Of a stretch of DNA of 56,309 nucleotides, positions 20,309-29,922 are shown in pieces. The notes beneath the pieces were generated by a model that ran no database searches, had not been told where the DNA came from, and worked only from the letters and a program-made list of their open reading frames with translations. Numbering within the stretch: position 1 is the first letter of the stretch; each line of letters opens with the position of its first letter. The position numbers were made by a program, and so were the translations under genes. Location: the NCBI GenBank assembly GCA_045641645.1, contig JAZUHK010000071.1:1-56309 (forward strand), in the 5' to 3' direction. This DNA comes from Kiritimatiellia bacterium. GTDB taxonomy: Bacteria; Verrucomicrobiota; Kiritimatiellia; RFP12; UBA1067.

Positions 20309-21669
20309 TCGTCGAACGCCGTCCTTAGCTTATCCATGGCATTGTCGAGCAATTTGACGAGCGGCTCGACCTCGCCGACCTGGGAATATTCGCCCCCGCC
20401 GATGGACAGGCGGTCGAATGGCGACAGTTCGGAATCGGCGGCGATCATCTCGCGCAATCCCTCCAACTCGCGCAGGGCGCTATCGGCCGTAATCCTCCCT
20501 GCACGAAGGCCGTCCAATGTCTTATAGGTGAGAACCAAGGCATCCAGCCGCGCGGCCTCGAACTGCGCCCGCGATGGCATAATGACATTACCCTCGGCAT
20601 CTTCCGTTTCCTCGGCCTTCGCTTCGGCGGGAATTCGAAAGAGTTCGTCGAATTCCGGCACCAGCCCCGCATAGCCACCCGAGGCCATCTTCAACTTCCA
20701 GATTTCGTGGTCGCCGACATACTTGCGCGCACCGAACAGAAGCGCCACCAGCAATATTCCCGTGGCCACGCCGAGATACCTCGCCAAGTGCCGCGCCAGA
20801 TGTCCGCGCGACTTCTCCTTGAGCCACTTCTCCTCCCACTCGAACTCCGCTTTCTCCCGCGCGGCGGCCTTGGCTTCGGAATAAGAGAGGCACTCGCGCC
20901 CGTTGGGATTGGAGTGGAGAAGCTTTGGAAGAATCGTCTTCCAGGCGGGATCATAGGTATCGAGCGTCCCCACGACATCCGTCCTGGCATCACACCAAGT
21001 ACCCGTCAAAAGCCGATAGACGATGACGCCAAGCGCATACCAATCGCTCTGAGGGCTCGCCGCCACCCCCATCTCCAGCTCCGGCGCCATATACCCGAGC
21101 GAACCCATCACCAGCGAGCGACCCTTTCGCATCCTCACGATGGTATTGACAGTATCGACGATCTTCGCGCCATCTCCCTTCGCGTCGAAGATCTTGGAGA
21201 TGCCGAAGTCGGTGAGAACCGCGTGACCATCGGGACCGATGAGGACATTCTGAAGCTTGAGATCGCGATGAATGACGCCATTCGCGTGGATGTATGCAAG
21301 CCCCTCCCGGAGATCGTCATACCAGCGGCCGATGGTCTCCTCGTCTGCCGTTCCCGGCGCGATATCGGAGAGAAGCTGCATTTCGCCGCGCTCGTTGAGG
21401 ACGAGATCCATCACGAAGTAGGGCTTACCATCCTCGGTCACGCCGAAATCCGTCACCTTGACGATTCGCGGGTGACTCAGGCGCGCGAGCAACTTTCCCT
21501 CGATTTGAAACCGTTCCCTGACATCGGGGTCGTCCTTTTCATAGGTGAAGAGCTTCAGGGCATGCCGTGACCCGAGGCGTGAATTCTCAACCTCGTAAAC
21601 CTCACTCATCCCGCCCTTCCCCAAAAGACGGACGATTTCATATTCACCGATTCGCTGCCGTTCGCTCAT
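20305..21669 (-). CDS. Membrane-bound Hanks-type Ser/Thr protein kinase
   Basis: LGKGGMSEVY, ALK, HRDLKLQN, DFG, YMAPE and SDWYALG motifs, then a TM helix (LGVATGILLVALLFGA) and a C-terminal extracytoplasmic region. Confidence 0.93.
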   Translation of the reverse strand: MSERQRIGEYEIVRLLGKGGMSEVYEVENSRLGSRHALKLFTYEKDDPDVRERFQIEGKLLARLSHPRIVKVTDFGVTEDGKPYFVMDLVLNERGEMQLLSDIAPGTADEETIGRWYDDLREGLAYIHANGVIHRDLKLQNVLIGPDGHAVLTDFGISKIFDAKGDGAKIVDTVNTIVRMRKGRSLVMGSLGYMAPELEMGVAASPQSDWYALGVIVYRLLTGTWCDARTDVVGTLDTYDPAWKTILPKLLHSNPNGRECLSYSEAKAAAREKAEFEWEEKWLKEKSRGHLARHLARYLGVATGILLVALLFGARKYVGDHEIWKLKMASGGYAGLVPEFDELFRIPAEAKAEETEDAEGNVIMPSRAQFEAARLDALVLTYKTLDGLRAGRITADSALRELEGLREMIAADSELSPFDRLSIGGGEYSQVGEVEPLVKLLDNAMDKLRTAFDE

Positions 21670-21676
21670 AGTGGAA

Positions 21677-21685
21677 ATTATATCA
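21677..21685 (-). promoter_or_regulatory. Extended -10 promoter, leaderless kinase-ECF operon
   Basis: TGATATAAT lies 7 nt upstream of the ATG. Confidence 0.65.
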
Positions 21686-21710
21686 AAAACTGCCGCAATG
21701 TGCTGACAGA

Positions 21711-21840
21711 ATAAACGAAACCCGGGGCTTTTCGCTCCGGGTCGTTCAAGGTTAGTTCAGAAAGAACTCAAATGATTCGTGGATCTCCGATCGGATCGTC
21801 AAGGCCGTTTGTTTCCTCTCCCCATATCCTCAATCCACAA
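21711..21840 (-). ncRNA. Candidate small RNA, copy 1 (intact, ends in an intrinsic terminator)
   Basis: Highly similar to 37711-37843 plus 39347-39354 on the other strand, including an identical 30 bp block. It ends in CCCGGAGC-GAAAA-GCCCCGGG-TTTCGTTT. No reading frame is conserved between the two copies. Confidence 0.55.
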
Positions 21841-21845
21841 GAGTA

Positions 21846-21873
21846 TATGCGGGGATTTGAGGGCGATGACAAA
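21846..21873 (-). promoter_or_regulatory. Bipartite motif TTTGTCATCG-N11-CCGCATA (possible ECF-type promoter)
   Basis: The same two boxes, with the same spacing but a different spacer sequence, occur at 37690-37717. Confidence 0.5.
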
Positions 21874-21897
21874 ATAATTTAAATATTTTTTAATTGG

Positions 21898-24300
21898 CTA
21901 TTTCAGCGAATTTAGGTTGATTTCGTCAAAATATCCGCCGAACGTTTTGGACCATGGCACGATCAAGTAGGTCTGATAGAAGCCGTTTTCATCAATAAAT
22001 ACTAACGACGAGGTTGATGATGCCTTAGTTCCGTCATTCAACTTTCCGGCAAACGTTGCCGCGCCAGAGGAAGAAACGGAAACGGCAAGATTATTATAGC
22101 CAAGTTCAGCAAGATAGATTTTTGCAAGTTTTGGTGACGGCAGAGCCGGCTTGTCACTCCAGACCTTACGATGGAGCGTCATAAACCAATCGCCCTCATC
22201 AGCACTGACAATCGAGCATTTGCTGATTCCTGGCGTCACTTCGGCAACGAACGGCAACTGCAGCTTGGACTTCTTGGCTACGGCCTCGATGCGGAACTTG
22301 CCCTTTGTTGAATCGTCGGGATTACTGCAAGACGCATATCCAACGACGGAATAGGTCCAATTCGTCCCGAAGAGCGTGAACTTGCCGCTAATCTTTCCGG
22401 CGGACGAAACCGTTAGGGAGGCGGCGCCAATACCCATTCCGTCTTCTTCCACCGCGGCAAATCCGCTGAAGTTACCGTAAGCCCAGGTCGGCAACGCCTC
22501 AATGACAAAAGCATACTGATAAGTGACCGTATTTTTACCCAGCGTCGTCACCTTGATTTTTGCAACCGTCGGCTTGACAAGACCGGTCTTCGTATTGATC
22601 TTTGACGCCGAAGACGGGGTTCCGGAAATTTCATAGGCATATTCCTTCAGCTCCTTGTTCACCAACGTCTTGACGAGCTTCAATCCGGACGGAAGTCCGC
22701 TCGCCGTCACGGACGTTCCCGACTTGGCGCTTGCGACAACCGGCAGCTTAAGCTGTACGCCGCAACGGACGACGTTTGTCTGAACGACTGCGGCAATTTG
22801 CGCTTTCCCGGCGACGGCGAGCGAGACCGACTTAAGGTCGGCTTCCTTCGTCACGAAGTTAGCCGTCAGCGTAACATCCTTGCCGTTGACCAGATAAGCG
22901 TAGCTCGTCGAACGAGAGACGAGTTCTCCTCCGATGGTCCAGCCGGCAAAGCAATGCTTGGACGCGGCCGACGCCTTGACCGTCGCCTTCTTGCCATCCG
23001 CAAAGACGCCGCCGCCGGAGACCTTGCCCATTGCCGTGTCGCAGCTTACCCTGACGATGCGCTCACCCGCCTTGCGGACGACGAGCGGCAGAATCGCCGA
23101 GGCCTTGGCGCCGCCCGCGGTCTTGGCTGTAACCTGCGCCGAATAGATCCCGCTCTTCGTCGGCGTCCCGTAGATCGTGTTCGCCGCATGCCCGGTAATC
23201 GCCTTGGCGGTGAACTTGAGCCCCGACGGCAGCTTTGAAACCGAAAGCGTCGGCAGGGAACCGCCCGTCACCGACAGGGAAATGGGATCGATCTCCTTCT
23301 TGGTCTCGTATTCGGCCGCCGACTTGACCGCATCGATCGTCACCGTGTCATCCGCCTTCTTGATGAATTTCGCCGTCAGCGAAAGGTTCGCCGCGCCCAT
23401 CTCGTCCTTATAGGTCGTCTCCTGGGAAAGGCACTTCGTCCCCGAATACCATCCCGCAAGCACATACCCGCTCGTCGCCGTCGCCTTGAGCGTAAAGGCC
23501 GTGCCGGACGCAAAGGATCCGGTTCCCGACACCTTGCCGCCGCCGCTCGGACTGCAGGCAACCGACAGGGAGTAGATTTTCGACCACTGGGCGTAATACG
23601 TCGCCTTCTGCGTGACGACGGTCGAAGACGAAATCTTCTCGCCGCCCGTTAACGCCGTGAACCATCCGACCAACTCGTAACCGCTACGCGTAACAATCGG
23701 CAGCGTCCCGATGGCTTTTCCTGTGGTGACCTCCCGCGTTTTCGCCGACGAGGACATCGTCCCCTTGTTGGGATCGAACTGAACTGTAACCGTTTTGGGA
23801 AGAACCCCCGCATAGTCACCAACGTACTTATCGACTGAGTCCATGAACTGCTGCGCGAGCGAACCGGACGTAACCGGCATCAGTCCGGACCGTCCGTTGA
23901 ACTTGACCTTCACCTCCCTGCCGGACTTGTCCTTCGGCCACCACACGCCGACAAACGGCAGCTTTGAGCCGGTCTGCGCAAACGAGAGGACGGACGATGC
24001 TTCGCCGGACCCCTCAACACCAATGACGAAATAATATCCCCTTTTGACGGCCCAACTGGAAACCGACGAACCTGCAAGCGCACTTCCCAGGCTCTTGCAA
24101 TAGCCGCATGTCGGTCTCACGTAAACGGCCACGAGCGGCACATTCTTGCTCTTCGCCGCCGCCTTCGCCTTCGCGTACTGTGCCGTCCACTGTCCGGGAA
24201 CGACTTCGCCGCTCGTCGAATACGAGAGCCCTTGAAACGATGCGGCCTGCCCCATTGCCGAGACGGTCGCAAGAAACATCGCAGCAATCAGGTTTCGCAT
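21898..24300 (-). CDS. Secreted protein: N-terminal thioredoxin-like CxxC domain, InlB-B-type repeats, Ig-like repeats, shared C-terminal module
   Basis: Signal peptide; PGQWT...VPLVAVYVRPTCGYC; GYELVGWFT...YYAQW repeat. An alternative GTG start is at 24306. Confidence 0.8.
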   Translation of the reverse strand: MRNLIAAMFLATVSAMGQAASFQGLSYSTSGEVVPGQWTAQYAKAKAAAKSKNVPLVAVYVRPTCGYCKSLGSALAGSSVSSWAVKRGYYFVIGVEGSGEASSVLSFAQTGSKLPFVGVWWPKDKSGREVKVKFNGRSGLMPVTSGSLAQQFMDSVDKYVGDYAGVLPKTVTVQFDPNKGTMSSSAKTREVTTGKAIGTLPIVTRSGYELVGWFTALTGGEKISSSTVVTQKATYYAQWSKIYSLSVACSPSGGGKVSGTGSFASGTAFTLKATATSGYVLAGWYSGTKCLSQETTYKDEMGAANLSLTAKFIKKADDTVTIDAVKSAAEYETKKEIDPISLSVTGGSLPTLSVSKLPSGLKFTAKAITGHAANTIYGTPTKSGIYSAQVTAKTAGGAKASAILPLVVRKAGERIVRVSCDTAMGKVSGGGVFADGKKATVKASAASKHCFAGWTIGGELVSRSTSYAYLVNGKDVTLTANFVTKEADLKSVSLAVAGKAQIAAVVQTNVVRCGVQLKLPVVASAKSGTSVTASGLPSGLKLVKTLVNKELKEYAYEISGTPSSASKINTKTGLVKPTVAKIKVTTLGKNTVTYQYAFVIEALPTWAYGNFSGFAAVEEDGMGIGAASLTVSSAGKISGKFTLFGTNWTYSVVGYASCSNPDDSTKGKFRIEAVAKKSKLQLPFVAEVTPGISKCSIVSADEGDWFMTLHRKVWSDKPALPSPKLAKIYLAELGYNNLAVSVSSSGAATFAGKLNDGTKASSTSSLVFIDENGFYQTYLIVPWSKTFGGYFDEINLNSLK

Positions 24301-24317
24301 TTTCACGTGCCCTTTGT

Positions 24318-25157
24318 TCAGTCCTCGGCGCTGTCGTCGATGGCGCCGTACATCTCCTCGTCGCCGGGATCATCCGGATGCTCCTTGAGCCACGCATCCA
24401 GCTGTTCGCCCGTCGTGATGGTCGTGTCATCCGTGTAGTCGGAGATTTGCTCCAACACCTTGGCCTTCGCCGGTTCGTTCCCGTTCGCAAGAACATCCTT
24501 GAACGTCTCGACTGCCACGCTATGCCGCATGTTCATCGTCTCGACCAGGATTGACTCCACCGAATCCCTGTCCGCGACAACACGCGAGGCAAGCTTGACC
24601 TGCGCGGCAACCTCGCGGTCGCTGTCGCATTCGGCGATTGCGTCCTCCCACTGGCTCACGGCGTCCGCCACAATCTCCGGATTCGAATCGGCGAGGAACG
24701 GGACAATCTCCGGCAGGCACTTCGAACCGTACCATCCGAGCGCCTCCAAGGCCGCCTTCTTAATGGAATTCGGGATGCCGTCCGGCCACTCGTCCGAGGA
24801 CTGCATCTTGCGGACAAGCCGCATCAGCGTCTGGTAATCATCCTCCCGCAACGCCGCGCGGATCTCCTCCAAGAGTTGCCTCTGAAGCGCCGTAAGTGCA
24901 GCATCATCCTTCTGATCGATCTCAAAGGTCGGACGCGGACGCTCAACCTTGGTTTCAACGGCAACCGCCTTGACCTTCCGGCCCCTCCGCTTGTCCGTCA
25001 TCCGCTGTTCCTTCGCCACATCACGAATCGTGCGTGAATTACGAAGCGATTCGCTCTTGTCGCGCGGCGTCTTCGCGCTGGAAAAGAACACAACCACCGA
25101 AGCCGCCGAAAGGACGGCTGCGCCGACAAGAATCAAGATAACCTTTTGGTTTTTCAT
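24318..25157 (-). CDS. Membrane-anchored helical (HEAT-like) protein
   Basis: N-terminal TM anchor, basic linker, then ALEALGW...IVPFLADSNPEIVADA (HEAT-like). Confidence 0.65.
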   Translation of the reverse strand: MKNQKVILILVGAAVLSAASVVVFFSSAKTPRDKSESLRNSRTIRDVAKEQRMTDKRRGRKVKAVAVETKVERPRPTFEIDQKDDAALTALQRQLLEEIRAALREDDYQTLMRLVRKMQSSDEWPDGIPNSIKKAALEALGWYGSKCLPEIVPFLADSNPEIVADAVSQWEDAIAECDSDREVAAQVKLASRVVADRDSVESILVETMNMRHSVAVETFKDVLANGNEPAKAKVLEQISDYTDDTTITTGEQLDAWLKEHPDDPGDEEMYGAIDDSAED

Positions 25158-25160
25158 TAC

Positions 25161-28100
25161 TTATTCCCCGTATTGCTCCCGCAGGATGTTAAACGGCACG
25201 TTTGTCACCTTCGGAATCACCAGGGAGCCCGCCGCCCATACTTCCTCGCCCAGCACGGACGCATGCGTCTCGCTCCGGTTCAGCAACAGGATGCCGGCGT
25301 ACTTGAGATTCTTATAGGGCTTCTCTTCGTACGTCAGGTCGCTCGTCCCCGTCAGGATGCCGGTCGCCCGCTTGAAGGTCAGCTTCACGTTCGCGGCGTT
25401 GCCCTTCGGCACGCTCACCGTGTTGCCGATCACGTCGACCGCCACGTCCACGGCCGACAGCGAAAAGGCGTCCGTCAGGTACGCACGCTGGAGATTGACG
25501 ACCGTGTCGTAGTAGCCGCCGACGGTATCCAGCGCCTGCGAAACGTCCTCGCCCGTCCAGCGGAAGAACCCTCCCGCGGGAACCTCCGTCACGGGTTCGC
25601 CGTCCGCCGGGAAGCGAATCGCCATCCACCCGCCGACCACCGCCGGCTTCTTGAACGCGAAGACCGGCACGAACACCGCCGGATCACCGCCCGTAAGATC
25701 GAGTCCGCCGACAATTGACGAGGCGGAGAACGACACGCCGTCGGCGCGGACGCCCGCGAGCTTGATCTTGCCCTTGGCGTCCAGCGTGAGCGTCAGGTAG
25801 CCGTTTCCAAGCGCATGGTCGCCGGGAACGAGCGCCACCGTGTAGTATCCGGCGAATCCCGCCATCTCCGTCACCCACTCCGTCACCTTCGAGTTGTCGC
25901 GGCACAGGAAACCGTTGTAAACGGTGTCGGGGGTGCCGCCCATCGTCAGCTGGCAGCTCGGCAGGTCGCCCCAGCCGACGGAATCCGTCGCCACGTAATC
26001 CGTCAGCGTGCAGGTCAGCTTGTTCGTCACGCCCTTCTGGATCTGCAGGAGCTCGGCAGCGAGGCGGACGGGGACTGCATTCGTGTCGGCACGGACAAAG
26101 CCCGTCGCCGTGAGCGACATGGTCTTTCCGTCCACGCTGACCTTGGCGGACAGCTTGCCGTTCGCCGCGGTTGTCAGCTTCACCTGCGCAAGCGCTGCCG
26201 CGCCGGAGACGCCGTCCGCCTTCGCGACACCCGAGAACGTCCCGACCGCCGACTGAAGCGCAATCACATTGAAGGCGTTCGTGCCGATCACCTTCTTCTG
26301 CGCGTCCTGGATCTCGGCAAAGAAGTACCCCACCTTCGTCGGCACGCCACGGACGTACCAGGCCTTCGACGCCTTGTCCTGCTCGAGCTTGATGCCGTCC
26401 GGAAGCTTGCCGAGCGCAACCTTCAGCTTCGCGGTGGTCTCCGTTGAGATCGGCTCGTCGTATCCGTAGCGCACCGCCTGGTAGACCGTCTCGTAGTCGC
26501 CGCCGGCGAAGACGTACCTGATGTCCGAAACCTTCTTCGCCCCGGCGGGAATGGTCAGGGTCGCCGTCTTGCCGGGAACCGCGGACGAAAACTCCAGCAG
26601 TTCACCGCTATCCACCCGGTACTGCAGGACCGCGAGGCCGGTCACGGTCAGCGTCAGCGCGCTTGAACCCTCGAAATTGACGAAGTCGCCGTTCTCACCC
26701 ACGAACCATGTGCCGGACTTCCCTTCCTTGACCGTGTAGCCGGCCGTCTTCGAGAGCGTCTTCTTTGTGTAGTCCGCCAGCGTCTGGGCGAACTGCTGGT
26801 TGAGCGCATAGACCGTGATGGACGAGGCGGCGAGCGTCGCCTTCTCAAGCCCGCTGCCCGTGTTTGCCTTCAGTTTGATCGTGTACTTGGCGGACGCCTT
26901 CCGATCCGTCGCCGCAGGGATATGGACCTGAAGCTCCTTCTGGCCGGCAGAGCCGGCGTTCCAAAGGAGGTTCGTCGCCTTGTCGTCCAGCGCGGACGTG
27001 TCGCAGACAATCGAGATGTCGCCATACGAGCCGACCGTGCGCTCAAGTTTGATCGCGAGCTCCGAACCGGCCGTGACCGTGAACTCCGGCTTCTTGACAT
27101 TCTTGTTATCACTGTTCGCAACCTGAATGGTTCCCGGCTGTTTCTTGGCGACTTCCGTCAGCGTCACGGTCGTGACGGCCTTCTCGCCGCCGCCGACAAA
27201 CGAGGCGGGGTAGAAGCCGTCGTCGCCGTCCTTTGCGTCTGTAAGCTCAACCGTAAACGCACGCACGACATCGTGGAAGGTCGGCGTCAGGTCGGGGATG
27301 AGGTCGATCGTCACGTTCTTCGCCTTGTTGTCGCCGTTCGCCCACTCGAGCACCAGATCCTCCAGCTTGTAGAACTTCGTATTCTCATCGCCCTCCTTGC
27401 CGCGGACGATGCCTTTCGCATACGCTCCGTCCACCGTCGAGAGCTTAACGCGCACCTTGCCGTCCTTAGCCGTACGGTTCACGGCGATCGAAACGGACGC
27501 TGCGCCCTCCTTGACCTTGTACTCGGCCTTGGCGAACTTGATGGCACCGACGTTCGCGTACAGGCCGGACAGCGAATAGGAGGTGTCCTTCGGGCTCGCC
27601 GGAACCTTGTGCTGAACCTTGAGGTAATACTTGGTCTTGGACGTCGGCAGGACGAACTGGTGGACATTGGTCACGCCGGCGCACAGCGTTTCGCCGTCGT
27701 GCAGGATCGAGAAGACGGCGTCCCCGCCCTCGCTCTGGTTCATCACGATGTCATAATAGTAGCCGTCCTTGCCCGTCAGCGCAAAGTAGTCGGCGTCGTC
27801 GTCCGTCCACAACGTGCGGCTTTCGGTCTTCTCCTTGTTGGATAGGCTCCAGCTGTAAGCGCCTTTTTCCTCGTCGTCCTTCGGATCGTACTTGTCGCTG
27901 TAGACGGCGAATGCCTCGACGGGCTCATCCTGCGCCAGCAGCGAGACCGTCACGGACGACGGTGCGACGACGAAGTTCTTGACCGCTCCGAACTTGACCG
28001 TCGCCGTCGTCACGGCCCTGTTTGCCGCGATCGGGAGGGCGATCGTCGTGCCGAGCGGATACTTCATCGACTCGGATCCGAGCGTCCAGGTGGCCTCGGG

Positions 28101-29909
28101 ACAGCCCTTCGCATCCACGTGAAGAAGCCCGACATGCTCCGAATCAAGCTCCGCGTCGTTATAGGCGATCGTGTGGACCTTGTAGCGCGGACAATCAAGA
28201 CCGTACGTCCCGGCCGTCCTGATGCGGATGAAGTAAATGCCGTTTTTCTCAGCCGCGAAGAAGAGCCCCGAGTCCGAACCGGGATTGATGTCGCCGTTTG
28301 CCTTGACCCTGGACTCGCTCTTCCCGTTCATCAGGAAGATGTCCGCCGTCAGCGACGTCTCGGTCTCGGACTCGAAGGTCACGGAAACGCCGTAGCCGAG
28401 CCCCGCCCGCACCGGAAGCTTATAGACATCATACCAGTCGCACTTGCCGAGCCGATGCCAGTCGCTCCCCGTCTCGTCAATCTGCGCCGGCTGGGCCCAC
28501 TTGATGCCGCGGGCAGGCGCGAGCATCGTCGCGCCGACGTAAGTATCGTCGGCATCGTCATAGGCGTCTGGGTCGCCGGCTTTCGGCGCAACCTCCTCGA
28601 TGGTCAGCCGGATCTCGTTGTCCGCCAGCGGCTCGTCCAGGTCGTCATCCGCAAGGTTCTGACATACACCGATATAGTAAACTCCGGCATAGTCCGCCGT
28701 AAAGCCGCAGCGGACATCGCACGAACCGTCACCCTTCTTGGTGCACTCGTACTTCGGGTTCCCCGTCTTGGATGTCTGCTGGCTTTCGGTCAGCGAGGCG
28801 TATTTCGGATCGAAGTTAGTGCCGTAAATGCGCATCAGGAGATTCGTCTTCGAGCCGTTCGTCTCGACGACGTAGCGCTTGCCTTTCGTGAGCTTTACCG
28901 TCTTGAAGAGCTTCTGGTCGATGATGGTGTCGTAATACCGGTTATCCGTCGCGTTGATCCGGCCCGGTACGAAGCAGACGCCTTCCGCGCCCAGCGGAAG
29001 GACTCCCGGCCGATGCTCCTCGAGCGTGCGCGTCGGCAGTATCTGATAGCGCAGCGTGACCTTCGCCGCAGGATCCACCGCCGTCTCGGCGACGAGGATC
29101 GTTCCGTTGCCGTCGTTGTCGGGATCGAACGACCAGGAATTGTTGCCCTCGGACGCCCATGGCGCGTAGGGCGTAAGCTTTCCCGTCACGCCAAAGCCGA
29201 GCGTGTACGGATTCGCCGTCGCACCGCCGTCCGTCGCAAAGAGATAGCGGCGGCCCGGCCAGAAGGGATTGACGGAAAAGACATAGGTGAACTCGCCATC
29301 GACAAAAGTCGCCGTCTTCGCCTGAGAGGCCGATTCCTTCGGCTCGACCTTGTCGGGATTGTCCTCAATGCCGAGGGGAAGCGCGTTCGCCTGCTGGTAA
29401 TGCAAGGTCGCGCTCGCCGCATTCGTGCCGGCGATGTGGACATAGTAGTCCCAGCTCGGCGGATCGCTCATCTCGGGATCGTCCTCGTCGATGTACCACT
29501 CGTCCTCCACCATCACCTGCATGCTCCCGGGCTTCCACTTGCCGGAAAACTCCTGGAACATCGCCCCGGGCTCGAACTCGTCCTTGTCCGGATCGGCCTC
29601 ACGCGGATAGATATCGTAGAAGTCGATCTCGGCCGGATCAGGACGAGAACCATCTGGTCCGGTCAGCCAGAGGGAATATGCCTTGCCGCGCTTCAGGTTG
29701 ATCTTGTAGTAATAGACGTAGTTCGTCGCGTCATATGTGCCCGCCTCGGAACTGTAGGCCTTCGTCAGCGTGACCTCGGTGGTTAGTTCGAAGGTCGTTG
29801 GCGTCCGTTTGGCAGCCTCCGCCTCGCAGCTGCCGGGATTGGCACCAAGAGCCGTCGCAGAAACGACGACTCCGACCATCGATACGACGAATGTTCGCAA
29901 TGATTTCAC
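25161..29909 (-). CDS. Large secreted protein with PPC-like and Calx-beta-like domains and the shared C-terminal module
   Basis: Likely GTG start at 29909 (VKSLRTF...) with a signal peptide. DxYDxxDD...A and DxDYF motifs (PPC-like); IKFAKAEYKVKEG...V.RT (Calx-beta-like). Confidence 0.75.
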   Translation of the reverse strand: MKSLRTFVVSMVGVVVSATALGANPGSCEAEAAKRTPTTFELTTEVTLTKAYSSEAGTYDATNYVYYYKINLKRGKAYSLWLTGPDGSRPDPAEIDFYDIYPREADPDKDEFEPGAMFQEFSGKWKPGSMQVMVEDEWYIDEDDPEMSDPPSWDYYVHIAGTNAASATLHYQQANALPLGIEDNPDKVEPKESASQAKTATFVDGEFTYVFSVNPFWPGRRYLFATDGGATANPYTLGFGVTGKLTPYAPWASEGNNSWSFDPDNDGNGTILVAETAVDPAAKVTLRYQILPTRTLEEHRPGVLPLGAEGVCFVPGRINATDNRYYDTIIDQKLFKTVKLTKGKRYVVETNGSKTNLLMRIYGTNFDPKYASLTESQQTSKTGNPKYECTKKGDGSCDVRCGFTADYAGVYYIGVCQNLADDDLDEPLADNEIRLTIEEVAPKAGDPDAYDDADDTYVGATMLAPARGIKWAQPAQIDETGSDWHRLGKCDWYDVYKLPVRAGLGYGVSVTFESETETSLTADIFLMNGKSESRVKANGDINPGSDSGLFFAAEKNGIYFIRIRTAGTYGLDCPRYKVHTIAYNDAELDSEHVGLLHVDAKGCPEATWTLGSESMKYPLGTTIALPIAANRAVTTATVKFGAVKNFVVAPSSVTVSLLAQDEPVEAFAVYSDKYDPKDDEEKGAYSWSLSNKEKTESRTLWTDDDADYFALTGKDGYYYDIVMNQSEGGDAVFSILHDGETLCAGVTNVHQFVLPTSKTKYYLKVQHKVPASPKDTSYSLSGLYANVGAIKFAKAEYKVKEGAASVSIAVNRTAKDGKVRVKLSTVDGAYAKGIVRGKEGDENTKFYKLEDLVLEWANGDNKAKNVTIDLIPDLTPTFHDVVRAFTVELTDAKDGDDGFYPASFVGGGEKAVTTVTLTEVAKKQPGTIQVANSDNKNVKKPEFTVTAGSELAIKLERTVGSYGDISIVCDTSALDDKATNLLWNAGSAGQKELQVHIPAATDRKASAKYTIKLKANTGSGLEKATLAASSITVYALNQQFAQTLADYTKKTLSKTAGYTVKEGKSGTWFVGENGDFVNFEGSSALTLTVTGLAVLQYRVDSGELLEFSSAVPGKTATLTIPAGAKKVSDIRYVFAGGDYETVYQAVRYGYDEPISTETTAKLKVALGKLPDGIKLEQDKASKAWYVRGVPTKVGYFFAEIQDAQKKVIGTNAFNVIALQSAVGTFSGVAKADGVSGAAALAQVKLTTAANGKLSAKVSVDGKTMSLTATGFVRADTNAVPVRLAAELLQIQKGVTNKLTCTLTDYVATDSVGWGDLPSCQLTMGGTPDTVYNGFLCRDNSKVTEWVTEMAGFAGYYTVALVPGDHALGNGYLTLTLDAKGKIKLAGVRADGVSFSASSIVGGLDLTGGDPAVFVPVFAFKKPAVVGGWMAIRFPADGEPVTEVPAGGFFRWTGEDVSQALDTVGGYYDTVVNLQRAYLTDAFSLSAVDVAVDVIGNTVSVPKGNAANVKLTFKRATGILTGTSDLTYEEKPYKNLKYAGILLLNRSETHASVLGEEVWAAGSLVIPKVTNVPFNILREQYGE

Positions 29910-29922
29910 AGCTTCACCTGCC

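Noticed and set aside
21772-21882. 36 aa plus-strand ORF (MIRGSPIG...)
   Set aside because: The frame is not conserved with the second copy beyond about 15 codons and there is no evident plus-strand promoter. It is kept only as an alternative explanation of the repeat.
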